The translations under genes were made by a program, and so were the position numbers. Below are positions 12,543-23,599 of a stretch of 64,000 nucleotides of DNA, piece after piece. The first letter of the stretch is position 1. The number at the start of each line of letters is the position of its first letter. A model generated the notes under the pieces. That model was given only the letters and a program-made list of their open reading frames with translations. It ran no database searches and was not told the DNA's origin. Source of the stretch: Eledone cirrhosa (lineage: Eukaryota); NCBI GenBank assembly GCA_964016885.1, contig OZ024743.1:163680001-163744000 (forward strand), written 5' to 3'.

Positions 12543-14078
12543 GAAGGAATTGTGGTAAGGAACCAGATGAACCATATATATATATATAAAACGAATGTTC
12601 AATCCTGTTCGTGAAAATAATGAACAGAAGAGGTGACAGTATGCACCCTTGCTGGAGTCCAACTTTTACATTGAATGGTTTTGATTTACCACCATTTATC
12701 CGAACACAGATACTTGGACATTTGTATAGAGACATCAGGGCAGCAAGAACCTGACTACCAATCCCATACTCCTGTAAAACCTTCTATAGCAGGTCCCGAG
12801 GAATGCGGTCATATGCCTTTTCAAAGTCTACAAAGCAAGAATATACCTCTTGACAGTACTCTCACGATTTCTGAAAGAACAGCTGCAATGTGAATATTCG
12901 GTCAGCTATGTTGTGTCCGGGGCGAAAACCTCACTGTTCATCAGCTAACTTGGATTCAACAGTTTCCCTACATCTCTTTGCCAGACACTTAACATAGACT
13001 CTCCTGGGGAGGCTTAACAAGGAGATCCCTCTATAATTGTCTGCCTTTTTGAAAATTGGGATTATCACTTCTGATTGCCATTGCTTAGGTGCTTTTCCAG
13101 AATCCAGGCCACCCAGCACACATACTTTCTCTATTTAAGGCTTTTAACACCTCGGGCTGGATTTCATCTTCCCCAGGGATCTTGCCACACTTGAGCTCTT
13201 TAATTGCTCTTGTCACCTCAGCCTCCGAGAGATTAGTTATCACTCCCAGATGCACCTTCTGTACATCAGAAGATGCCGTTGTGATCAGATTTAAGAGATC
13301 AGCAAGGTATTCTCTCCACCTCACAAGGATCCACCTCCCTGAAGAGAGGGGAATTCCAGATGCGTTCCTGATAGCAGGTGTGGAAGAGGACTTCTTATTA
13401 CGAAGTCGGCAGATAGTCTGCCAGAACACTTTATTTGCGGATCTGAAGTCGGATTCCAGCATAACTCTGACCCATGTCTTAACTTTGGATTATTTTATAT
13501 TGAAAACTAGCTGATGTATCCAGCTTTGCCCAGGTAAACAGATGATAAGAGAAGACAGGTAGAAAAGAAAATGGCTGTATTGGATGAGTTGTCTGGTTTA
13601 CAGTATAAGGTGAGACCGTGCTGTGTGTGTTTGACAAAAGGAAAAAAAAACCCAGTAAAGTCTTCCAGATACACCAGATTCTTTGTTTTACCATTTGTGC
13701 ATAGTATATGAAGATTTCTAGGTGTTCCCTCTCATGAACAACCTACATATAACTGTCCATGGGTAAAAACTGATTCTCTTGTATTCAATCCTACAACTTT
13801 GAAACTCTGAGCCTGAACTTTATTTATGGTCATAGCAAAACTGGCTCTAACAGGGCACTGAAGTCTGGAGAATTTGAATGGCAGCTCGATAGAGGAAGGG
13901 ATAAGAGGAATCTTGGGAATAAATGCATTTTCTCCTTCATGATTGCCTCTAAGAATAGTGTCCACTAGGAGATGATTCATTATCCGCTGTTAAGCATGTG
14001 CCATTGCAGAGACATGGCTGGGCCAAGTTTCTGAAAGGGATGGAAGTTCAATCTTTTATATTATATATAGATATAGAT
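12230..14078 (-). mobile_element. Internally deleted Helitron with nested insertions
   Basis: 3' end on minus strand: hairpin cccgagcaatgccggg (12242-12257) then CTAG (12230-12233). Helicase C-terminus ORF 13732-13980 (FAMTINK.QAQS, FTHGQLYVGCS). 5' TCTATATATAATATAAAAG near 14075. Confidence 0.8.
12595..13480 (-). mobile_element. RTE-clade LINE RT fragment of a distinct (Rex3/Expander-like) family
   Basis: Motifs FWQTICRLR, GEDEIQPEVLKAL, NYRGISLLSLP, VGLQQGCILSPLLF. Confidence 0.85.
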
Positions 14079-14089
14079 AATTATATTTT

Positions 14090-14300
14090 GTCCAAGTATC
14101 AGCCACTCTCGGATAGGTTTGTCGTAGAGCCTGTAGTAATGGAGACTTCCGGTGTTCTTGGCCCCTGGATGACTCACTGCTATTGGAGTGGAGTTGGCCA
14201 CCTGCAGGTGCGAGGTGGAGTGGTTGTTCCAGTATGTCTCCCTCACTGTCTTCCAGGACAATGCATTCCCCGTCTTGTCGGCCAGGACCCAGTTAATTGG
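14090..14300 (+). mobile_element. C-terminal fragment of a CRE-like (restriction-like endonuclease) non-LTR element
   Basis: KYQPLSDRFVVEPVVMETSGVLGP...WLFQYVSLTVFQDNA resembles the K-Y / P.A.ET.G / QRGNA end of RLE domains. GC-rich like 27815-29250. Confidence 0.65.
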
Positions 14301-14339
14301 TAGTGGAGGATTCTTGTTTAGACGTCATTTTCACACATG

Positions 14340-14472
14340 TATTGATTGCCTTTTTGAATCCATTCATTTGCGCCTGACTGTAAAGTGTTGTCATAGCATA
14401 GACATGGTTCGTCCATGTTTCACAAAAGGATGATAGAAGTTCTAACCTTTTATATTATATATAGGTATAGAT
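14340..14472 (-). mobile_element. Second Helitron 5'-end copy
   Basis: Minus strand tctatacctatatataatataaaaggttagaacttc is homologous to 13985-14078. Confidence 0.55.
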
Positions 14473-15132
14473 AATTATATATAAATGTGTTTGTGTGTAT
14501 GTAAACCAGCATTTGAATCGGAGACGCTGGCCGCGAAACACGATAATCACTAACAACGAATGCGCTGAGAGAATCCCTTATGGTTGATTCCCAACCTGCT
14601 AGAAATAGCAGTCAAGTTGGTTATCATACCTGGGATGTTTTTCTTCTTTGACGTTATAAAATTAGTATCAATAAACCTTCTTGAGTATACCCTTATTCCA
14701 TTGATGTACTTACTTTTTGATTGTCACTTTTAGTTTTTGTGTGATGCATGAAGAAACCAACCAACCACCATCTCTTTTATATTATGTATAAATTATTTTA
14801 TATTTAAAATTGTTCTATAGTTAAAATATTCTACAATCAAAAGTTACCTCAATGAAAAGTTGTTTTGATGGAAAATTGTTTGATAAAAGGTCATTTTGAT
14901 ACGTCATTCAATGAAAGATTATCTTGATAAACCATCATTTGATATAGTCATCTCAATAAATCATCATTCAATGAAAAGTTACCTCGGTAAAACTGTCCAC
15001 TCAATCAAAAGTCATCTCAATAAAACAAAGCTGAATGAAAAGTTATGGTACCAGAATTATTTGTGTAAACTTGAACAAAGCACTAAATCACTATTTCTTA
15101 TGAAGGCTGCCAGACACAGGATTGAGTGCCCT

Positions 15133-16350
15133 TCATCATCATCATCATTTAACATCCATTTTCCATGCTAGCATGGGTTTGATGTGTTGCCCTGTTGTGA
15201 GACAAGCCAGGTCCGATAACAATGACTAGCTCATACAGAACTAATTTTGACTTGATTTCTACAACTGGATGCCCTTCCTAACACCAACCACAGTGTGTGT
15301 TGGGTGCTCTTTGTCGTGAGACCTACACGACCACTCTACAGTGTGGATGGGGTGCTTTTTGTTGTGACACCTACACAACCACTTTACAGCATGGGCTAGG
15401 CACTGTCACCATCATGACTACTTTACAGTATGGGCTGGGGACTTGGGGTTGATTGGGGAGGTAGATCTAGGGGCCTGTGTGAGGGGGCAGGGTGTTCAGG
15501 TATGGATGAAGTGTTAGAACCCATGCACATGGTAAGGCGAGTCTTCGTATTACTTCATGAAGCCAGAGATCTTGATCCTGTGACATTGCCTTCTAGAGGT
15601 GCAATTGTGCAAGGTCAGATTTTAGTACCTCATCCCAAGTCTTCCAAGATCTTCCTACACCATAGCTTCCATCAACCTCGAGTTCCCTGCACCTTTTTAT
15701 ACAGCTATCATGCATCACCTGTCCATACCAGAGCATTCTCCTCTCCTCCTCAGTTTCCTTCTCAGTTCATTTATGCTCTGCTATTCATGTATATTACTAT
15801 TACACATCCATCGAAGCAAGGAAACTTCATTTCTTCCCAGTCTTCGTAGGTCCTATTCACACAACGCCCAGGTCTCACTGCCATGCAGCATTGCTGTTTG
15901 GATACACGTATCATACAATCTGCCCTTCATTTTTAGGAAAAACCTTTTGTGGCTAGCAGTGGTAGTAGCTCCCTGAACTTTCTCCATCCCGTTCTCATTC
16001 TAGCTACAGTACTTTCGGAACAACCACCTGCACTGCTAATTTGGTCGCCCAGGTTACAGAAACTATCAACTACTTCTACCCAGCCCTCTGGGCGATTAAG
16101 GGAGTTAGTATCCTGTAGGCTGTTGCTACTTACTGAACCTGTGCAACGACTATATACGAAACCTGTGTTCTTTGCTAGGCTACCTCAGATCCCACTACAT
16201 CTCTTGTGTACCCATTTTTTGCAGTTAGGGCTTAGGATAGAGTTTCTACCTACTCCTTTCCTGCACACTGAGCAAGGCCATTTCCCTGAGGGAATCTTGG
16301 CCCTATTATCCTTGCTACATACTTTGGTCTTTGTCAGGCTGACTTTAAGA
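15133..16350 (-). mobile_element. RTE LINE 3' portion with 3' UTR subrepeats and (ATG)n tail
   Basis: Minus-strand RT C-terminal remnants (GKWPCSVC, LHGSETW). catcatcat tail at ~15134. Confidence 0.85.
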
Positions 16351-16994
16351 TCAAAGGTATTACAACCTCTCTCGTGCTGGTGCTACGATAAAAAGCACCC
16401 ACTACACTTGGTAATGTGGTTGCTAATAGGAATTGCATCCATTTATAGAACATTTTCTAAACATAGGGTTAAAAGGACACGAGTTGTGGCAGGGACAGAA
16501 CAACCTCTTTATTGCTGGTGTCATGATAAAATGTACCTGTACACTCTCTAAGTAAAGTATACAAACATTTGTCAGCAAGATGCTGAACCCATCTGTAAGG
16601 ACATGACAGTAGCTATAAGTAAGTAGTGACTTGGTCTATGGAACCCATCACGATGATCACGATGATGATAGCATCAGCAGCAGCATGACTATGAGCTTGT
16701 ACAGTTTGATAATGAAAATATTGTGTACAGTGCTCAGGTGCACTACAACTCATCAAAAGTGTATGTATAGTACATAGGGTAATGTACAAACGTCAGGAAA
16801 ATGAACAGTGCATGAGTCATGATATACACATGTGTGCATGTGTATGGAAGGGGGACATCAGGTGTAGTTTTGGTGAATTTCGGGAAGCATGAGGGTTTTA
16901 AAGGATTTATTTGTCATATTGGTTAATGCCTGAATAATGTGAAAATCAACCTCATCTTGTTTACTTGCTGGTTTCAATTACTTCCTATTGGACC

Positions 16995-17080
16995 CTATTG
17001 TGTTTGTGTGTGTCTTTGTATGTGTGTGTGTAAATATAAGTATATTGTATTGCATACATATACGTATGTGCATGCATGTA

Positions 17081-17127
<47 letters not shown>

Positions 17128-17365
17128 ATAATAAATATATATGTGTATGTGTGTGTGTATGATGGTGATAATTTTATATATATATATACACATACACACA
17201 GACTCACACATATGATGCACACATCTATAAGATAGGTTTCTCGTCTAGTTAGTCTCAATGAATTTTAATCAATCATGTAGAAATAGAAAACCCTAAGGCA
17301 GTGAGAGTTTGGTGATTGAAATAAGATTGATTACTGGGAAAGAATAGTGGTACTGCTTTGAGTGA

Positions 17366-17400
<35 letters not shown>

Positions 17401-18100
17401 TGTACCTGTATTTAAGGGTAATATGTTATATAAAAAATATATTTTTATATTTACTTAAGCAAAAATAAAGATGACGTGTGAGTGTATGTAGATGTGTGTG
17501 TATATAGATCTATCTACAAAAATGAATGTGTGTGTGTAGATGTGAATGTATACATATCTGTGTACAACAATGAATATGTGTGTATATATAATGTATATTG
17601 GATGATTCTTTAGAATAAAGTATAAATGTATTTATGTTTGTGTGCATGTGTATATATGTTTGTATGTGTGTGTGTATATATATATATATATAATGTGGGT
17701 GCATGAGTATATTTTTATTCTGCTTTTTGCATATGCTTGCAAAAGTATGTTTATGAGTTTACAAATGCAAAACTATATACATACATGAATATATGTGTTT
17801 GTATAAATGTATTTATATACATACCTGTAATATATATACATGTATTGGTGTGTGCATGTGTGTTGATGAAATTGTATTTCTATATTTGTATAAACAAAAG
17901 CACATAAAAATGCAGAAATATAGTGTATATGCTAGTGTAAATATTTCTATATACGTATTCAAATGTATTTTTATTGAAATATGTGTAATACTAAGCTACA
18001 TGTATATGTGACATTATGTCATCAAAATTATATATTCTTGTAAAAATAATGCAAATAGATTTATGTATCTGTTCATACAAAAATGTATATAAAAATATAA
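16995..18100. repeat. TA/TG-rich low-complexity region
   Basis: Directly visible (TA)n and (TG)n runs. Confidence 0.9.
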
Positions 18101-18350
18101 CTACCATGTTTTCTCAGAATTTTTAACTGATCTTAAAAATACTTATTTCAAATGGCAACATTACAAATACACAAATTGCTAAACATCCAGTTGTTTTACA
18201 TTCTTTAGTATCATGAGAAACTAAATATTGTAGTGTGTGAGATTCAGATTTTGATGGATATGGTACAAGTTACAAAAATATTTCCTTTACTTCGGAGTTC
18301 TGTAATACTACTACTACTACTACTACTACTACTTGGCAGAGTCCTCATAC

Positions 18351-18575
18351 CTGCACAGACACCACAATCTAACTATCCTTAAACTGACTGTTGAAGCTAA
18401 TGTCTTGCTTTTGTTCTTGAAAAAGCTTATTTGAAAAAGATTTTTAGGGAACCCTTGTAGTTTTTCTTGTGAAGAAAATCTATGGTTGGAGATTTCTCGA
18501 AATCTCGTACTTTCTTTAGTATTCTTACTATTTGTTGTTGTTGCCATTGTTGTCATCAATATATAATTTAAGAAC
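18351..18575 (-). other. Possible antisense exon (225 nt, phase 2-2, stop-free)
   Basis: Minus-strand acceptor tttcacacag|G and donor GCAG|gtatga inside ORF 18329-18598. No partner exon identified. Confidence 0.3.
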
Positions 18576-18647
18576 CTGTGTGAAATATTGATATGCAAAA
18601 ATAAACTCTGATGATGTCAGCCTAAAACCAACTCCTCAAGGTCAAAT

Positions 18648-19540
18648 CCATCATCATCATTTTACGTCCGCTTTTCCCTGCTTGCAAGGGGGTGGGGGAA
18701 CGGATTCTATTCAGTACAGCATCTCTCCATTCGTCACAGTCCTTCGCCATCTCTTCCGTGAGCTTCTGCGATCTGAGATCAGCTCTCACCACCTCCGCCC
18801 ATGTTTTTCGTGGTCTTACTCTACTGTGTCTTCCTTCTACTGGGAATTCTCGACACTTCGTTACCCAGTGGTCATCCTCCATGCGCATCACATGTCCATA
18901 CCAATGCAGTCTTCTCTTCTGCACACTACAGCTTATCCCTCTTATACACAGTTTCTCTCTCAACTTGTCTATGCTTGGTCGTTCACACACATTGACATTG
19001 CATATCCAATGGAGCATGCTTACTTCATTTCTCTCCAGCTCTCGCATATCCTTCGCAGTTGCTGTCCATGTCTCACTACCATGCAGCATCGCGCATCTCA
19101 CACGGGCATCGTTTGTAGGGAGAAACCCTTCTTTGTCAACAGAGGAAGCAGCTCCCTAAACTTCTTCCAACCCGTTCTTATTTTAGATACTATAGCCTCG
19201 GAGCACCCTCCTCCCTTGCTAATCTGATCACCTAAGTATCTGAAGCTATCAATCACCTTTATAGATCCAACCTGCATTTGAAAAATGAGCAGCCAGTCTT
19301 AAACTCCTCTGTTATGGCTTGGAGGACTATAATGAACAAGAGCGGGCTGAGGACCAAACCCTGATGTATTACTTGTATCTGGAATTCCTCACTAAACTCC
19401 ATTCCTACTCTCACTTTACTGACAGCACCCTTGTACATAGCTTGCACTGTCCTCACAAGCCATTCCTCTACACCTAGTTTCCTTAGGGACCACCAGATGA
19501 CAGATCGAGGTCCTCTATCAAAGGTCTTCTCTTGGTCAAT
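18648..19540 (-). mobile_element. RTE LINE 3' fragment with internal deletion
   Basis: ORFs 18622-19101 and 19259-19456 (LSPLLFIIVLQAITEEFKTG). Same family as 19805-23520. Confidence 0.93.
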
Positions 19541-19804
19541 AAATTATGAAACCATAAATAATTTTTTTAGCAAATTAAATTTTTTTTTAATTTTAAATTA
19601 TTGAGGTTTTTTTTAACTGAACTCTATGACACTGGGACGAAGTTTTGGTTGGCTGAAACATATATTAGTTTGAAAATGCATTGGTTCTTTGATGTTTTTT
19701 ATAGATAGTATATAACAACTCTGCGTGAAACCTATTGCATTGAGCTTCTAACCATCCTGTAAAGTTTTAATACTCAACTTAATAATAATATTATTATTAT
19801 CACT

Positions 19805-22800
19805 ATTATCATCATCATCATAATTTTATGTCCGCTTTTCCCTGCTTGCATCGGTGGGACGGGTCCTATTCAGCACAGCATCTCTCCACTTGTCACAGCC
19901 CTTCGTCATCTCCTCCGTGAGCTTCAGCGATCTGAGGTCCGCTCTCACCACCTCCACCTGTGTTTTAAGTGGTCTTCCTCTACTGCGTCTTCCTTCTAAT
20001 GGCATTTCTTGGCACTTCTTTACCCATCGGTCATCCTCACATGTTTATACCATCGCAGTCTTCTCTCCCACACACTACAACTTATCCCTCTTATACACAG
20101 TTTCTCTCTCAACTCATCCATACTTGGTCGTTCACATACATTGACATTACACATCCAACGGAGCATGCTTGCTTCATTTCTCTCCAGCTGTCGCATATCC
20201 TCTGCAGTTGCTGCCCATGTCTCACTACGAAAGCAGCATCGAGCATCTCACACAGGCATCATATAACCAGTCTTTCGAATGCAAGGAGAAACCCTTCTTT
20301 GTCAACAGAGGAAGCAGCTCCCTAAACTTTTTCCAACCCGTCCTTATTCTAGATGCTATGACCTCGGAACCCCCCCCCCCCCTCCCATGCTAATCTGATC
20401 ACCTAGGTACCAGACGCTATCAACCACTTCTATAGGACCTACCTGCATTTGAAAAATGTGTCTATCTATCACTGCGACTTCTACTGTCAAATTTCCCTGT
20501 ACATCTACTGCATATGTAGTTGTCCCTACCTGTTAGTTTGCCTGCTATCCCACTACATCTCTTGTGTACCCAAGATCTGCATTGTGTACATTTTATAGAA
20601 TTTATGCCAGTTCCTTTTCTACATATCGAACATGGCCATTTCCCTGGCGGAATCAGAGTTTTGTCCTCTTTTCTACTTATCAACACTTTTGTCTTAGCTA
20701 GGTTCACTCTCAGTCCTCTTGATTCCAACTGTTGTTTCCATAGCCAGAATTTATTCTCTAGCTCCTCTACTGATTCTGCTATAAGAACCAGATCGTTAGC
20801 ATAGAGAAGTTCCCATGGGCAGCCAGTCTTAAACTCCTCTGTTATGGCTTGGAGGACTATAATGAACAAGAGCGGGCTGAGGACCATACCCTGATGTACT
20901 CCTACTTCTATCTGGAATTCCTCATTAAACTCCATTCCTACCCTCACTTTACTGACAGCATCTCTGTAGAAAGCTTCCACTGTCCTCACAAACCATTCCT
21001 CAACACCTAGTTTCCTTAGGGACCACCAGATGACAGATCGGGGTACCCTATCAAAGGCCTTCTCTAGGTCAACAAAAGCTAAGTATAGTGGTTTATTCTT
21101 CTCTAAGAACCTCTCTTGTAGTTGTCTCACTAAGAAGAGGGCATCTGTTGTACTTTTCCCAGGCACGAAACCAAACTGCATCTCATCTAGTTTGACCCTT
21201 TCTCTAATTAGTTGCGCTAATATTCTTTCTGCCACTTTCATAACCTAATCCATCAGTTTTATACCCCTATAATTGCTCCTCTCCAGAGCATCCCCTTTAC
21301 CTTTGTAGCAATTTATGAGAATACTGCTGCACCAGTCTTTGGGTATGACACTGCCATATATAGGTTGATTGATGATGCATGCAACCAGTTTAGTACCTAC
21401 TTCTCCTGATGCCTTCAGCATCTCAGCAACTATCCCCGACGGTCCAGCAGCCTTACCATTTTTCATTTCCTTAATTGCCTCTTGGACCCTATATTCGTCA
21501 ATCTCAATTGCTGGTCCCTCTATCAGGTCTACTGGGGGTAGTTTCTCTGTCTCCTATTCGTTCTCCACATTCATCAGCCTCTAATAATGACATTTCCAGG
21601 CCTCCTTTTTCTGATCATTAATGACACTAAGTACACCAGCATCATTCTGGACACATTTATCTCCAACAACATCCTGATTTGCACTGACACACTGCCTTGC
21701 AATGTGGAACACCGCACATCTCTGATCTTCCTGTCGCAGAACATTGGCAAACCTCCTACTCTCAGCCTCCCTGCGTGCTAAATATACCTGACGTCTAGCT
21801 TCTCTCTTAGCGGCTGTGTATCCTTTCTACTTCCACCATTTTTCCAAGCATTCCATGCTAGTCTTTTATCTCTAATGGCCCTATCTACCGGGCTGTTCCA
21901 CCACCACATCACTCTCTGTCTCGTTGGAGCTCTGCTCCAACCACAAGTTTCTTCAGTAACCTGCAGTAAGTTGTCACGTAAGAAATTCCAGTTATCCTCT
22001 ATGTCATATGATTCTAAAACATCTTTCTCATCATACACATCTTGAAGGGCTTTCCTTAATTTATATTTTAGTGAAAGGTCTTTTAGTTTCCAGACCTTCC
22101 TTTTCTACACCTTCCTGTATGTCTCATTTGAGATGTCACTAACAACTAGCCTATGCTGTGGGGTACACTCTTCCCCAGGGTATGCCTTAGTATTTGACAC
22201 CATCTGTCTGTCTCACTGCCTAACTAACAAGAAGTGAATCTGGCTTATGTGCTCCCCTGAGTTGTAGGTTATTAGGTGGTTGGTAAGTTTCTTGAAATAA
22301 GTGTTGCAAATGGTTAGTGCACATGCATCACAAAATTCAAGAAGCCTCACTCCTTCTTTGTTTCTTGAGCCATAACCCTGCCCACCACGTACCCCAGTGT
22401 ATTCATCCTGGAGCTGTCCAACATGACCATTGAAGTCCCCTGCTAGCATAATGATGTCTCCCTCCTCTGTCATTGAGGCTGTTTCTAAAAGTTGCTCGTA
22501 AAAGCAGTCTTTCTCTTCTTTACTTAGGCCCGCTTGGAGAGCATAGGCAGAGCTGATTGTCAGTAGTCTCTTGCCTACAACTAATCGAAACTTAATTATT
22601 CTATTACTAACTCTAACTACCTCTATTGTTTTATTGATCCATCTCACAGCCAGGAAAATGCCTACCCCACCTAACTCATCATCATTACCCACCCAGGAAA
22701 GCTTATAAATAAGATGTTTGCCTGCAATTCGTCGTGCAGAGGCACCTCTCCATCTCACCTCTTGCACGCAGCACACATCCACCTGTTTTCTCTCTAGCAT

Positions 22801-23520
22801 CTCTACTATTTCACCAGATCTACCTGTTAGAGTGCCAACATTAAGTGTGGCAACTCTGAGATTTGACGTCTTCATATTCTTGTTCTTGTGCGATTGGTTG
22901 TTGACAGTCGGGGGATTCTCGCACATGGCCACCCCTCTACTCTGCGCAGCCCTAACATGGTTAGTGTTATTGCTGTTTACACAGTTATTGTTGTGCGATT
23001 GCTTGATGACGGTCGGGGGTTCTCGCATATAGCCGCACCAGCCACTCCACTACCGTGCGCAGCCCTAACATGGTTATTGCTGTTTATGCAGTTGTTGCAA
23101 TTATTATTTGTTGTGCTCAGAACTTTTGGCATTAATATATACTGGTTGGATGACCTTCCTAACACCAGCACCACTTTACAGCATGCACTGGGTGCTTTTA
23201 TTCGTGCCACCAGCACTAGAGAAGTTATCTTACTAGACTCAGGGGCCCTCCCCACCCCTCCATTTTACAGCATGGACTGAGTGCTTTTATTCGTGCCACC
23301 AGCACTAAGGAAGTTGTCTTACTGGACTTAGCGGACTTCTCTACCCCACACCAATTTATTAGGCATGGTAGCTCTCCTAGACGGGCTGCCTACACTACGG
23401 CTTATGGAGCCTCCGTCCACCCCTTGTCTGTTCTATGCTATCTTCACGAGGGAGTGGTTAGCATACAGCGTTAGGCATGTATACCGAATGTGGTGGAGTG
23501 ATATCCTTGGTACAGTTAGG
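19805..23520 (-). mobile_element. Near full-length RTE LINE (APE + RT, disrupted)
   Basis: ORF 22213-23028 (LRVATLNVGTL, CVQEVRW, GDFNGHVG). RT ORFs 20462-21241 and 21245-21466 (FVDLEKAFDRV, LLYANDL). 5' UTR 23030-23520. Confidence 0.97.
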
Positions 23521-23599
23521 TATATTTCAAAAAAGGTAAAACAATGACTTCACTTGTAGTTCTAAACAATTTAATTTTATTTTATAATATTTCACCACA

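Noticed and set aside
16939-18011. ORFs rich in YI/CV/HT dipeptides
   Set aside because: Translations of TA/TG/CA microsatellites.
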